Source: Macrostomum lignano
Lineage: Eukaryota
Direction: 5' to 3'
Length of the DNA stretch: 64,000 bases
Assembly (NCBI GenBank): GCA_002269645.1
Contig: NIVC01001021.1
Span: forward strand, 313,694-377,693
The notes under the pieces were generated by a model that saw only the letters and a program-made list of their open reading frames with translations, was not told where the DNA came from and ran no database searches. The stretch's first letter is position 1. Each line of letters begins with the position of its first letter. Shown piece after piece: positions 1 to 13,130 of the stretch. Position numbers and translations under genes: made by a program.

Positions 1-4
1 TAAC

Positions 5-101
5 GGCCCGCCGCTAGCGGAGCCCATCCCACGCTAAAAATAGCCCGTTAACGGGACCCAGCCCACGGTGGGATGGGCTCCCTTAGCGGGGGCCAGCCCA
101 C
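5..101 (+). repeat. ~97-bp GC-rich self-complementary element; inverted copy at 11555-11652
   Basis: The reverse complement of 11555-11652 (ggccgcccgttagcggagcccatcccacgctaaaaatagcccgtt...) aligns with 5-101. Internal stem gagcccatcccac/gtgggatgggctc. Confidence 0.8.
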
Positions 102-1734
102 GAGCGGAGAGGGAGAGGTGGGGTGGGTGTTGGGTGAGTGTGGAACGCCAGTGCACTAGCGTACTAGCACTGTACTAGCAATGAAGCTAGCTGAAAACAC
201 TGCACATCCGTGACTCATTTCTCGTATATTAATGTATGCTGGATGAAGACGGCTCTTTGTCTTTCCCAACTCTCCCAAAATTAAAAAACTCCTAGAACGC
301 ATTTCGTTTTAAGCTGCAAGGAATTGTATTCTTTAAAGAAACGCGTTTCATTCAACGTATAGTTTCTACTTTTTAATACATATCATTTATCAAACTATTT
401 GACTCAGTTGAATCTTTAAGATCTTGAGATTTATTCTTAATACGCTCGTAAGGCTTTCGTTATTTCTTTATTCCAAAGGTAAGCAAACGTTGGTTCTTAA
501 TTTGCATTGTACTCATTGTATTTTCTTTTATGTCTAGCTTATAATTGCAATATGCTAGGAATCTTATATTCTTCCAAAACCTTAAAGGTGGAAATATGGT
601 CAAAGAAAAATAGTACAGGCGCAAGAAGTGAGGACGACTAGCCATCCATTTCGTTTCAAACGTAAAAGATTTAAAAAAACAAACTTAGCAAAGTAAGGTA
701 CTAAGCGAGTTATTCTAAAATTGACAGACAGGCTAATTTTCTAATTCGCAGAATCGCTGAGTCCCAGTTTTCTAATTTCTATAGATTGGACTTGTCCTTT
801 AGCAGTTATCTTTATTTTCAGAATACTCGTATACTGAATCCGTTTGTAAATATTGTCAAAAAAGGCGGAAAAATAAATTTTGAATTTCCGCACAAAGTTA
901 AAAAATTAGGAATTTGAACAAAATTTAAATTCACGCGGATATTCAAAATCTCACGTTCGTTAAATTCTGGCAATCTGGCGCCCCCTTTGGCACTTCATTG
1001 GCCCTGAAATACTTGAATTGTGGTTGCTGTATGATCTTATTTCCTTTTCTAGTTTAGGAAGTCAAATAAAGAGTAAAGTAGTCAAATAAATTGATCTTAT
1101 GCTGGAGTAGAAATAGATACTGAATGTTAGCATTTTAAGCAAAGCGATAATATTGTTTGGAATTCTGTTTACACTAGAGCAAACTGATCTTTCGGACCCG
1201 CTCGTATTTAAGATAAAACTTTGAAAATAAAACAAAAATGGTAGAAAAGAAACAATTAAAAAGGGATAATAATTACCCAGTGTTGGGCACGATACTCAGA
1301 AAAAGTATCGGTTAAAAGCGATACTCTGATACCCTGTCTGAAAAAATATCGCCCTTCGATACATATCGGCTGTTTTGTGATTTTAATTTACAGTTGCTCA
1401 GGTTGCACTGAAGTCGCAATCCGCCGCAATCAACCCGCAGGTGACAGAATCCGCTGCCAGCAGACCTCATGGCTGGCTAGCCGTGGTTTGGCTACTCGGG
1501 ACGCTGTTCACCTCCCCTGCTGAACGAGGCCATCGCTGATTTTGTCCGCTAAGATGGCGTTCCGCAACGATGGCCGGCCGGCGGCCACGTTCTGATGCTT
1601 GGCGGCGCCGCCTAGTGAGTCATTGCATCCTACCACAACAGATGAGCACATTCCATCCATAATTGACTCGTCTAAAACAAATAGCCCCAGTCGGAATCCA
1701 TAAATCCTTATCTGATTACAACTGTATCGTAAAT

Positions 1735-1794
1735 TCTGAATTGTACTTCTGAATTGTACTTCTGAATTGTACTTCTGAATTGTACTTCTGAATT
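1735..1794. repeat. 13-bp tandem repeat (ctgaattgtactt), ~4.5 copies
   Basis: Read directly from the sequence. Confidence 0.9.
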
Positions 1795-2211
1795 AACACC
1801 CCTCGTAAATTGAATTGCGAAGTATAAAAGTTCAGTAAAACAGAAATACTGAAGTATACTGAACTGACTAAAAATGACACTTTTAAAATATTTCGCAACA
1901 GCTGTAGCCAGGGGCGCGGATTTAGGGGTCTGGTGGGAGCGCCACTCCTCCCAGCGCTCCCTAGGAACTTTTATTACCTGGATACCTAGGTACTTCTTCC
2001 TAGGTACTAGAATTTACCTTGGCTAGTAATCGACATACTGATTTACTTTGCTAAAATTCTACAGTTTTTGACGCAAGCAAGGCTGGGCCGTTAAATCATT
2101 GATGAAACAAGTTACAACCTTAGAAACTGTAAATTAATATCACAAAACAGCCGACATGTATCGAAGCAACGAAACTAACCAGTCAAAAACACATTTTGCA
2201 CTCTCATCCAG

Positions 2212-2404
2212 ATTCTGCCCGATCGCTACGAGGGCTTCTAGCGCGCTCTGCCGTTGCCGGAGTGCAGAGGGCGAGATTGCCGCCTGGCCACTCGGCTGCC
2301 GGCATTCTTTGTCCAGCCGGACCTGGAGCCCAGGATGTACAACGCCTATGGCCTGGCCGCTGCAATGTCATAGGGGCACCACAAACCTGCACTTGGATAT
2401 CGCC
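2212..2404 (+). pseudogene. KDM3/JHDM2-type JmjC demethylase exon fragment, disabled
   Basis: After a cag acceptor it reads [46 protein letters not shown], then after a frameshift GTTNLHLDIA. This matches the KDM3 signature LPLPEY..LASRLP.FFV.PDLGPKMYNAYG..GTTNLHLD. In-frame TAG at 2239-2241. Confidence 0.85.
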
Positions 2405-2822
2405 TGGATACTTTGGTCACCATAGCAACATTAATAGAAAATGAGAAGCAGATGAATGTTTATTTAAAACCAGTTTGATTACTTTTATCCCAGATTTAGA
2501 CTATGAAACACCCGATGGCCGATATGATACGAACTAAGTTTTGTTATTTTTCAGTTTCAACTGCTCCTGTCTTTTCGTGGTTCATAATTTCAGAATTTAA
2601 CTAGCAATCAGCGCCCCCCCTTGGGGAGCCAAAAAATGCAGTACGAGTTTTTTTAATAAACTACATGTAGATTGTAGTGTCTCTTTGCAATAACCTCAGC
2701 AATCGCTTGTAAGCGTTGACATCTCAGCAATTCCTCCCCCACAAGTCTTAACATATCAAACCCCCCCCCTTGAAATCTGAGCGATGACCCCCATAAGCCT
2801 TGAAATCTTAAAAAATCTGTCA

Positions 2823-2852
2823 ACCCTAACCCTAACCCTAACCCTAACCCTA
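2823..2852 (-). repeat. Interstitial telomere-type repeat (TTAGGG)5
   Basis: aaccct repeated five times on the + strand. Confidence 0.85.
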
Positions 2853-3339
2853 AAGCATTGCCATTTTAGTAATTCTCCCCAAGAGTCATTATAACATTAC
2901 AGCATCTCAGCAATTCCTCCAAGCCTTGACATCGTAGCGATTCCCAAATGAATCTCCTAACTTCGACATGACTCTTCTTTTATATCTACTTTCATCTGTT
3001 TAAAATGACGCTTCTTCTATTAGCGCCCCTCGTGGGGAACTAACAAAGAATGTAATAAAAAAGTGAATAAACTACATGTAGCTTCTGAATTTTACCTAGA
3101 CATCTCAAAAATCCCTCATAAGCATTTACGAGTACATCTCAGTTATTCCCCGTGAGCCTTAACATCTTAGTAATTCTCATCAAGAGTCACAGCACAGTTT
3201 CACGTGACTCTTTTTTATTTTGAAATGACGCTACTTTTTGACATGACGCTTCTTTTTACATGATGCTTATTGATTTTTACGTAATGCTTCTATTTTTTTA
3301 CATTTTTTTACTTTTTTCATTTTTACATAAAGCTCATTT

Positions 3340-4015
3340 TCTTTTCTACATGACGCCTCTGTTATTTTTACCGGACGCTTTTATGATTTTTTACATGACG
3401 CTTCTATGATTGTTTACATGACGCTTATATGATTGTTTACATGACGCTTCTATGATTTTTTACATGACGCTTCTATGATTGTTTACATGACGCTTCCATG
3501 ATTTTTTACATGACGCTTCTATGATTTTTACATGACGCTTCTATGATTTTTACATGACGCTTCTATGATTTTTACATGACGCTTCTATGATTGTTTACAT
3601 GACGCTTCTATGATTTTTTACATGACGCTTCTATGATTGTTTACATGACGCTTCTATGATTTTTACATGACGCTTCTATGATTTTTACATGACGCTTCTA
3701 TGATTTTTTTACATGACGCCTATATGATTGTTTACAGGACGCTTCTATGATTGTTTACATGACGCTTCTATGATTTTTACCGGACGCTTCTATGCTTTTT
3801 TACATGACGCCTATATGATTTTTTTACATGACGCCTATATGATTGTTTACAGGACGCTTCTATGATTTATTACATTATGCTTGTATGATTTTTACCGGAC
3901 GCTTCTATGCTTTTTTACATGACGCTTCCATGATTGTTGACATGACGCTTCTATGATCGTTTACATGACGCTTCTATGATTGTTTGCATGACGCTTCTTT
4001 CATTTATACATGACG
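3340..4015. repeat. Minisatellite, 22-24-bp unit tacatgacgcttctatgatt(g/t)tt
   Basis: About 28 near-identical units. Confidence 0.95.
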
Positions 4016-4344
4016 CTTCTTTTTTTGCTTTTATTAGCTGTGTTTTGATATTAGAATACACATACAGGCGCAGTCCCAAGGCTTTTTGCCGAATTTTGCG
4101 GACACGTTTGTGGACAAGTCTGGCTTGAGTTTATGGTTTGACAGCCACTTTGACTTGTCATTTTATTCTACCAAAAACCGATTAAAGGCTTTCAAACCTT
4201 TCGATAAAAGGTGCCATAAATATTTATGCGAAGACTACATCTATATTTACTTGTATAGCTAAAGAAACTAGAACGTCAGAAGCTTCCCCTCACCATTCCC
4301 CTCTGAGGGATATAAACAAGTGCATCTTATCAGGGATAAGTAAT

Positions 4345-6720
4345 TAGAAATCGTGGATTCGGATTCCAACATGAGGAACCAGGGATATAAATTTAGAAAT
4401 CGTGGATTCGGATTCCGAAATGAGGAATCAGGGATATGGAATTAAGAATCGTGGATTCAGATTCCAACATGAGGAATCAGGGATATGGATTTAGGAATTG
4501 TGGATTCGGATTCCAACATGAGGAATCAGGGATATGGATTTAGGAATTGTGGATTCGGGTTCCAAAACGAGGAATCAGGGATAGGGATTCGGAATCGGGG
4601 ATTGAGATAAAAAAATGAGCTTCTCACGGTTCTATGATAGCTGGCAGTCTTTCAAACATTTAGAAAAAGGTGCCATAAGCTCCTCTCTGCCTTATGAATT
4701 ATGATATCTGACCCAGTCTTTCAAGTTTCTTGCAAAAGGTGACATATGCTTTTCTGGGAAAGGGAACTAAAAATCGTGGATTCGGATTCCAAAATGAGGA
4801 ATCGGAATATGGAATTAGAAATTGTGGATTAGGGTTCCAAAATGAGGAATCAGGGATATGGAATTAAGAATCGTGGATTCGGATTCCAAAATGAGGAATC
4901 GGGGATATGGAATTAGAAATTGTGGATTCGGGTTCCAAAATAAGGAATCGGGGATATGGAATTAAGAATCGTGGATTCGGATTCCAACATGAGGAATCAG
5001 GGATATGGAATTAGGAATCGTGGATTCAGATTCCAACATGAGGAATCAGGGATATGGAATTAAGAATCGTGGATTCGGATTCCAAAATGAGGAATCGGGG
5101 ATATGGAATTAGAAATTGTGGATTCGGGTTCCAAAATGAGGAATCGGGGATATGGAATTAAGAATCGTGGATTCGGATTCCAACATGAGGAATCAGGGAT
5201 ATGGAATTAGGAATCGTGGATTCAGATTCCAACATGAGGAATCAGGGATATGGAATTAAGAATCGTGGATTCGGATTCCAAAATGAGGAATCAGGGATAT
5301 GGAATTAGGAATCGTGGATTCAGATTCCAACATGAGGAATCAGGGATATGGAATTAAGAATCGTGGATTCGGGTTCCAAAACGAGGAATCAGGGATATGG
5401 ATTTAGGAATCGTGGATTCGGGTTCCAAAACGAGGAATCAGGGATAGGGATTCGGAATCGGGGATTGAGATTAAAAAATGAGCTTCTCACGGTTCTATGA
5501 TAGCTGGCAGTCTTTCAAACATTTAGAAAAAGGTGCCATAAGCTCCTCTCTGCCTTATGAATTATGATAGACGATCCAGTCTTTCAAGTTTCTTGCAAAA
5601 GGTGCTATATGCCCTTCTGGAAAGGGAATTAAGAATCGTGGATTCGGATTCCAACATGAGGAATCAGGGATATGGAATTAGGAATCGTGGATTCGGATTC
5701 CAACATGAGGAATAAGGGATAGGGATTCGGAATCGGGGATTGAGATTAAAAAATGAGCTTCTCACGGTTCTATGATAGCTGGCAGTCTTTCAAACATTTA
5801 GAAAAAGGTGCCATAATAAGCTCCTCTCTGCCTTATGAATTATGATAGATGATCCAGTCTTTCAAACATTTAGAAAAAGGTGCCATAAGCTCCTCTCTGC
5901 CTTATGAATTATGATATCTGACCCAGTCTTTCAAGTTTCTTGCAAAAGGTGCCATATGCCCTTCTGGAAAGGGAATTAAGAATCGTGGATTCGGATTCCA
6001 ACATGAGGAATCAGGGATATTGAATTAGGAATCGTGGATTCGGATTCCAACATGAGGAATCAGGGATATGGATTTAGGAATTGTGGATTCGGATTCCAAA
6101 ATGAGGAATCAGGGATATGGAATTAGGAATCGTGGATTCGGATTCCAACATGAGGAATCAGGGATATGGAATTAGGAATCGTGGATTCAGATTCCAACAT
6201 GAGGAATCAGGGATATGGAATTAGAAATTGTGGATTCGGGTTCCAAAATGAGGAATCAGGGATATGGAATTAGAAATTGTGGATTCAGATTCCAACATGA
6301 GGAATCAGGGATATGGATTTAGGAATCGTGGATTCGGGTTCCAAAACGAGGAATAAGGGATAGGGATTCGGAATCGGGGATTGAGATTAAAAAATGAGCT
6401 TCTCACGGTTCTATGATAGCTGGCAGTCTTTCAAACATTTAGAAAAAGGTGCCATAATAAGCTCCTCTCTGCCTTATGAATTATGATAGATGATCCAGTC
6501 TTTCAAACGTTTAGAAAAAGGTGCCATAAGCTCCTCTCTGCCTTATGAATTATGATAGATGATCTAGTCTTTCAAACGTTTAGAAAAAGGTGCCATAAGC
6601 TCCTCTCTGCCTTATGAATTATGATATCTGACCCAGTCTTTCAAGTTTCTCGCAAAAGGTGCCATATGCCCTTCTGGGAAAGGGAATTAAGAATCGTGGA
6701 TTGAGATTAAAAATGAGCTT
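4345..6720. repeat. Composite satellite: 49-bp units interrupted by a recurring ~200-bp block
   Basis: Unit gaatcgtggattcggattccaacatgaggaatcagggatatggaattag. The block (gggattgagattaaaaaatgagcttctcacgg...aaaggtgccatatgcc) recurs near 4590, 5450, 5730 and 6370. Confidence 0.95.
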
Positions 6721-7254
6721 TTCTAGGTTCTATGATTTCTGGCAGTCTTTCAAACATTTAGACATTCAAACATTAAACATCAAATATTGTTTCATACATT
6801 ATATATACTACACCTTGTGGGATTACACGCAGGTGCGGTTTTAGTTGGGGGGGGGGGTTAAAGGCCTATTCAAAGGCTTAATAAACTTCATTAGGAAGAT
6901 TTCCGTCTGCGAAAACTCTGATTCCCGCCCTCATGCGCCCTATCTCCCCCCCTCCCCCCTACTCCTGTAGGTTAGGGTGATGAAAGATCAGAAGAGTGAT
7001 ATACTGTAAAGGAGAGGATCGCGAGATAGGACAATAGGTAGAGATACAGACTACCTATAGGGTAGGACGAGAGTAGCATGACTGAATGGCCTGGAGGAAG
7101 GTGATAAAAAGCGATAAAAGCGATATGGGCGATTCTGTGTGGCAACATAACTCATCACTAACAGTGCATCGAGTGGGTTAAAGATTAGGACAAAGGCATT
7201 ACACAATTAAGTAGTAAAAGTAAATCATAACTCAATTATAATAACTTCGTAAAT

Positions 7255-7732
7255 CTCAGCAACATCGAAAAGTCGCCATCACAGAAGTCTGTGGTCGTCA
7301 CTTTTGAAAGTGCAGGTGAAGTCTCTCAATCTTTGCGAGTGACGCAACGCCACGCGGCAGACTTGAGTTGAGGAATGAAGTGGGGGAGCGGTGTGCGAGG
7401 GTTGAACGGATTAAAGCAGCGGTTCTCAACCTTTTTTCAGGCGACCCCAATTTATTCACTTGCATCATTTTTAATGTTCGCGACCCCTTTTAAAATTAAT
7501 ATACATGTAATGCATTATTATGTGTGATAACTCACACATTTCTTCGTGCTGCGACCCCCAGAAAATGGTCACGCAACCCCACTGGGGGTCGCGACCCATA
7601 GATTGAGAACCACTGGATTAAAGCTACCTTGATTAGTTTATATCATATCTTTTATTTATAATATTTTAACTCACTCACTAATAATATATTACTCTCTGGC
7701 GCATAGAGTGGCGACTTTTCAATGTTGCTGAG
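7255..7732. mobile_element. Putative older TIR element enclosing the hAT MITE
   Basis: ctcagcaacatcgaaaagtcgcca (7255-7278) is a 23/24 inverted match to tggcgacttttcaatgttgctgag (7709-7732). Confidence 0.55.
7417..7615. mobile_element. hAT (Charlie/MER5-like) MITE, 199 bp
   Basis: Ends cagcggttctcaac...ttgagaaccactg. Perfect 8-bp TSD gattaaag at 7409-7416 and 7616-7623. Confidence 0.92.
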
Positions 7733-7919
7733 TAACGATATTTAGTAGATCCTGAACTCTCAGCAAACAGTGATCTAGATGGAGTATACCTAATTGAAAA
7801 ATAATCAATAACAAAACAATCAACAATAACAAGTCCGAAAATGACACTTTTGATTTTTATAGTGCCAAATAGATATAAATCTGCGCTGATCCCTGAAGCC
7901 ATGCCTTAAAGCCCAAAAA

Positions 7920-10900
7920 CGCTCGGAAAGCTCAAATCGGCGCTGGAAAGCTCAAATCGGCGCGGGAAAGCTCAAATCGGCGCGGGAAAGCTCAAATCGG
8001 CGCTGGAAAGCTCAAATCGGCGCTGGAAAGCTCAAATCGGCGCTGGAAAGCTCAAATCGGCGCTGGAAAGCTCAAATCGGCGCGGGAAAGCTCAAATTGG
8101 CGCCGGAAGTCAAATTTGGCGCCAGGATCACCAAATCTACGCCAGGGATCGCCGAATCAGCGCCGGAATGCTGAAATCCGCTCGAGAAAACCTAAACCAG
8201 CGCTAGAGAGCTGAAACCAGCGCTAGAAAGCTCAAATCGGCGCGGGATAGCTAAAATTGGCGCAGGATAGCTCAAATTGGCGCAGGATAGCTCAAATTGG
8301 CGCAGGATAGCTCAAATTGGCGCAGGATAGCTCAAATTGGCGCAGGATAGCTCAAATTGGCGCCGGTCGGCGCCAGGATCACCGAATCAGCGTCGGAATT
8401 CTAAAATCAGCGCCAAAAAGCCCGGACCAGCGCTAGAAAGCTCAAATCGGCGCAGGATAGCTAGAATTGGCGCGGGAAGTCAAATTTGGCGCCAGGATCA
8501 CCAAATCGGCGCCAGGATCGCTGAATAAGAGCCGGAATGCTGAAAACAGCGCCAAAAAGCCCGGATCCAGCTTTGGAAAGCTGAAATCGGCGCAAGATAG
8601 CTAAAATTGGCGCGTGAAAGCTCAAATTGGCGCCGAAAGTCAAATTTGGCGCCAGGATCGCCGAATCGGCGCCAGGATCATCAAATCGGCGCCAGGATCG
8701 CTGAATCAGCGCCGGAATGCTGAAATCAGCTCAAGAAAACCTAAACCAGCGCTAGAAAGCTCAAATCGGCGCAAGATAGCTCAAATAGGCGCGGGAAAGC
8801 TCAAATTGGCGCCGGAAGTCAAATTTGGCGCCAGGATCACCAAATCTACGGCAGGGATCGCTGAATCAGCGCCGGAATGCTGAAATCAGCTCAAGAAAAC
8901 CTAAACCAGCGCTAGAAAGCTCAAATCGGCGCAAGATAGCTCAAATAGGCGCGGGAAAGCTCAAATTGGCGCCGGAAGTCAAATTTGGCGCCAGGATCAC
9001 CAAATCTACGCCAGGGATCGCCGAATCAGCGCCGGAATGCTGAAATCCGCTCGAGAAAACCTAAACCAGCGCTAGAGAGCTGAAACCAGCGCTAGAAAGC
9101 TCAAATCGGCGCGGGATAGCTCAAATTGGCGCAGGATAGCTCAAATTGGCGCAGGATAGCTCAAATTGGCGCAGGATAGCTCAAATTGGCGCAGGATAGC
9201 TCAAATTGGCGCAGGATAGCTCAAATTGGCGCAGGATAGCTCAAATTGGCGCAGGATAGCTCAAATTGGCGCCGGTCGGCGCCAGGATCACCGAATCAGC
9301 GTCGGAATTCTAAAATCAGCGCCAAAAAGCCCGGACCAGCGCTAGAAAGCTCAAATCGGCGCAAGATAGCTCAAATTGGCGCGGGAAAGCTCAATTTGGC
9401 GCCGAAAGTCAAATTTGGCGCCAGGATCACTAAATCGGCGCGAGGATCGCCAAATCAGCGTTGGAATGCTGAAATCAGCGCCATAAAGCTTGGACCAGCG
9501 CTGGAAAGCTTAACTTGGTGCGGTAAAGCTCAAATTGGCGCCAAAAGTCAAATTTGGCGCAGGATCGCCGAATCGGCGCCAGGATCATCAAATCGGCGCC
9601 AGGATCGCTGAATCAGCGCTGAAATGCTGAAATCAGCTCAAGAAAACCTAAACCAGCGCTAGAAAGCTCAAATCGGCGCAGGATAGCTCAAATCGGCGCG
9701 GGAAAGCTCAAATTGGCGCCGGAAGTCAAATTTGGCGCTAGGATCACCAAATCGGCGCCAGGATCGCTGAATCAGCGCCGGAATGCTGAAATCAGCTTGA
9801 GAAGACCTTAACTAGCGCTGGAAAGCTCAAATTGGCGCTAAAAAGCCCGGACCAGCGCTGGAAAGCTCAAATCGGCGCGGGAAAGCTCAAATTGGCGCCG
9901 GAAGTCAAATTTGGCGCCAGGATCACCGAATCAGCGTCGGAATTCTAAAATCAGCGCCAAAAAGCCCGGACCAGCGCTAGAAAGCTCAAATCGGCGCAGG
10001 ATAGCTCAAATTGGCGCTGGAAGTCAAATTTGGCGCCAGGATCACCAAATCGGCGCCAGGATCGCTGAATAAGAGCCGGAATGCTGAAAACAGCGCCAAA
10101 AAGCCCGGATCCAGCTTTGGAAAGCTGAAATCGGCGCAAGATAGCTAAAATTGGCGCGTGAAAGCTCAAATTGGCGCCGAAAGTCAAATTTGGCGCCAGG
10201 ATCGCCGAATCGGCGCCAGGATCATCAAATCGGCGCCAGGATCGCTGAATCAGCGTCGGAATGCTGAAATCAGCTCAAGAAAACCTAAACCAGCGCTAGA
10301 AAGCTCAAATCGGCGCAGGATAGCTCAAATAGGCGCGGGAAAGCTCAAATTGGCGCCGAAAGTCAAATTTGGCGCCAGGATCACCAAATCGGCGCCGGAA
10401 TGCTAAAATCAGCGCCAAAAAGCCCGGACCAGCGCTAGAAAGCTCAAATCGGCGCAGGATAGCTCAAATTGGCGCGGGAAGTCAAATTTGGCGCCAGGAT
10501 CACCAAATCGGCGCCAGGATCGCTGAATAAGAGCCGGAATGCTGAAAACAGCGCCAAAAATCCCGGACCAGCGTTGGAAAGCTCAAATCGGCGCGGGAAA
10601 GCTCAAATTGGCGCCGGAAGTCAAATTTGGCGCCAGGATCACCAAATCGGCGCCAGGATCGCTGAATAAGAGCCGGAATGCTGAAAACAGCGCCAAAAAG
10701 CCCGGACCAGCGTTGGAAAGCTCAAATCGGCGCAAGATAGCTAAAATTGGCGCGTGAAAGCTCAAATTGGTGCCGGAAGTCAAATTTGGCGTCAGGATCA
10801 CCAAATCGGCGCCAGTATCGCCAAATCAGCGCTAAAAAGCCCGGACCAGCGCTGGAAAGCTCAAATAGGCGCGGGAAAGCTCAAATTGGCGCCGGAAGTC

Positions 10901-11405
10901 AAATTTGGCGCCAGGATCACCAAATCGGCGCCAGAATCGCTGAATCAGCGCCGGAATGCTGAAATCAGCTCAAGCAAACCTAAAACAGTGCTAGAAAGCT
11001 CAAATCAGCGCTAGAAAGCTCAAATCGGCGCAGGATAGCTCAAATCGGCGCGGGAAAGCTCAATTTGGCGCCGAAAGTCAAATTTGGCGCCAGGATCACT
11101 AAATCGGCGCGAGGATCGCCAAATCAGCGTTGGAATGCTGAAATCAGCTCAAGAAAACCTAAACCAGCGCTAGAAAGCTCAAATCGGCGCAGGATAGCGC
11201 AAATCGGCGCGGGAAAGCTCAAATTGGCGCCGGAAGTCAAATTTGGCGCTAGGATCACCAAATCGGCGCCAGGATCCCCAAATTAGCGCTGGAATGTGCC
11301 AACGAGCGTAGAAGTGGCAGCATATATCAGCTTGCTACTTCTGGGCGCCAAGTTTAATATACCGGCGCCAATTTCAGCCTTTGGGCGCCAATTTTAGCGC
11401 CCTGG
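7920..11405. repeat. CpG-rich ~20-bp satellite (ggaaagctcaaatcggcgc) with higher-order blocks
   Basis: Dense GGCGCC sites. Blocks ~8140-8360 recur at ~9000-9280, and ~8400-8760 at ~9945-10300. Short inverted tail at 11340-11405. Confidence 0.95.
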
Positions 11406-12036
11406 CAAGGTCAATGCATTTAGTTCTCACTCAATGGAGCCGAAAAAAAAGTTTTTTTTCGATTTTGAATTAGTGCCATGTATCTTGACAACCAATGCGA
11501 GTCAAGTTCTGGCGTCTGCTTCTCCACAGCCCCGCAATGGCATATCCTAACCATTGTGGGCTGGCCCGCGCTAAGGGAGCCCACCCCACCGTGGGGCGGA
11601 CCCCGCTAACGGGCTATTTTTAGCGTGGGATGGGCTCCGCTAACGGGCGGCCATAAACTGCGGACGGAGCCCGGTTGTAAATGTCGCTTAAAGTGCACCA
11701 GAATCCACCCCTCTGCCTTTAACGAATCTAACAAACACGCCCGAACTCTTATCAGACCAGTGTTGCGTGGGGCTAAGCGAACTCTAGCTTTGGCAAAGCG
11801 CTTTATTTTCCATATAATGAAATCTAAGAGTTCTTACAAGGCGCGATTTGATAAGTGTTATCGTGTGGTGTGTTTGTGAAATGGGCTTGTTGAGAACTTC
11901 CAATGACACTGAACTGAAGGGCATTCCGTTGTAATGCAAATACATGTTAAAGTCATTCAAGTTTTAGGTAGAGAACAAGAAGAGAGAGGACGAAGGAAGA
12001 TGGGAATTAGAGGGGAATAGATGCAGGCGAGAGTGG

Positions 12037-12043
<7 letters not shown>

Positions 12044-12072
<29 letters not shown>
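12044..12072. repeat. (GA)n microsatellite
   Basis: Read directly from the sequence. Confidence 0.85.
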
Positions 12073-12074
<2 letters not shown>

Positions 12075-13130
12075 TGGGAAGAGATGGTGAGAGAGTTAGA
12101 AATGATGCAGTGAAAAGAAGGCTTTGAAAAAAGATACAATACAATAAAAGCCAATTTTATCACATTGATTGATTTTTAATAAATGCTCGGGCTCGCATTC
12201 GAAATTACAATTCGTATACAAAGCATTGTTATGCACTCGAGCAAGTGCAAATCTTAATCCTGGAAAATTCCTCCACCAGTTTTGGGAAGTGTCTGAATAT
12301 TTGCGTCTCGTCTCGTCTAGTCACTGTCCTCTATTATGCACTTTAACCTACTTTTTCAATCGGCAATTGGCTATGCAATCTTTGATACTTCAGTCAGTTG
12401 AAAATTGTAACTGCGTTCAGAGTTTCGTCTTGTTCGTTCTCTGCCCCACCAAGTAGAAATATTTCTGTATTATGTGTTCGTTACATTTTCAGCCACCTTC
12501 CAATCCAAAAACTATGGCTTTTTGATACCCTTGTGTGTCCTCTAAGGATGGAGCGAGTTGTTCCGAGGAAGGGACAGGGAGTAGAGGGGAGCGGAGAGAA
12601 CTGTCTCGCACTTGCACGCAGCTGTCGCAGCCAATGGCGGCACGATCGCGTGATAATGTATAGAGAGGGCAGACAGAGAAAAGTTACATGAAAGGTCTTC
12701 AAGCAGTACGCTGTACACTTGCACCCTGTGTCTGGCCCTTCCCCCCACACTCGCAAATAGACGCGGTGGATGATTCTGACCAATCAAGTTGGGCATGGCT
12801 GGGTACAAAAGTACCCGGGGACATAGGGGGTGTGCGTTTGCGCCGCTCTGCAATAAAGAGAAGGGCAGAAATTTTTTTCCACCGGCCTAGAAAGGAGAAG
12901 CGTGAGTGTCAGCGACGAACCCTACCACTAGTCAGTTTCTGTATAAATTGGGGTTAGCCGTGGCAGAAAAGCTTTTCAAGGTCCAGAACCAACTTGCAGT
13001 GCGCAAATAATCAAAGGTCAGCTCTGAGTTACCAAGCGTGCTACCGCGAAACCCTATTGTGAAATTCCTCAATTTAGAAAGGCGATTTTCGTCATCTTTG
13101 CAGCTGTAATCAACAACTCCAAAGCAACTA

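Noticed and set aside
2239-2241. Possible stop-codon readthrough in the KDM3 fragment
   Set aside because: A frameshift also occurs and other exons are missing, so pseudogenisation is simpler.
8337-11286. Many ORFs of 60-120 aa in the GGCGCC satellite
   Set aside because: They are translations of tandem repeats, occur on both strands and contain no domain motifs.
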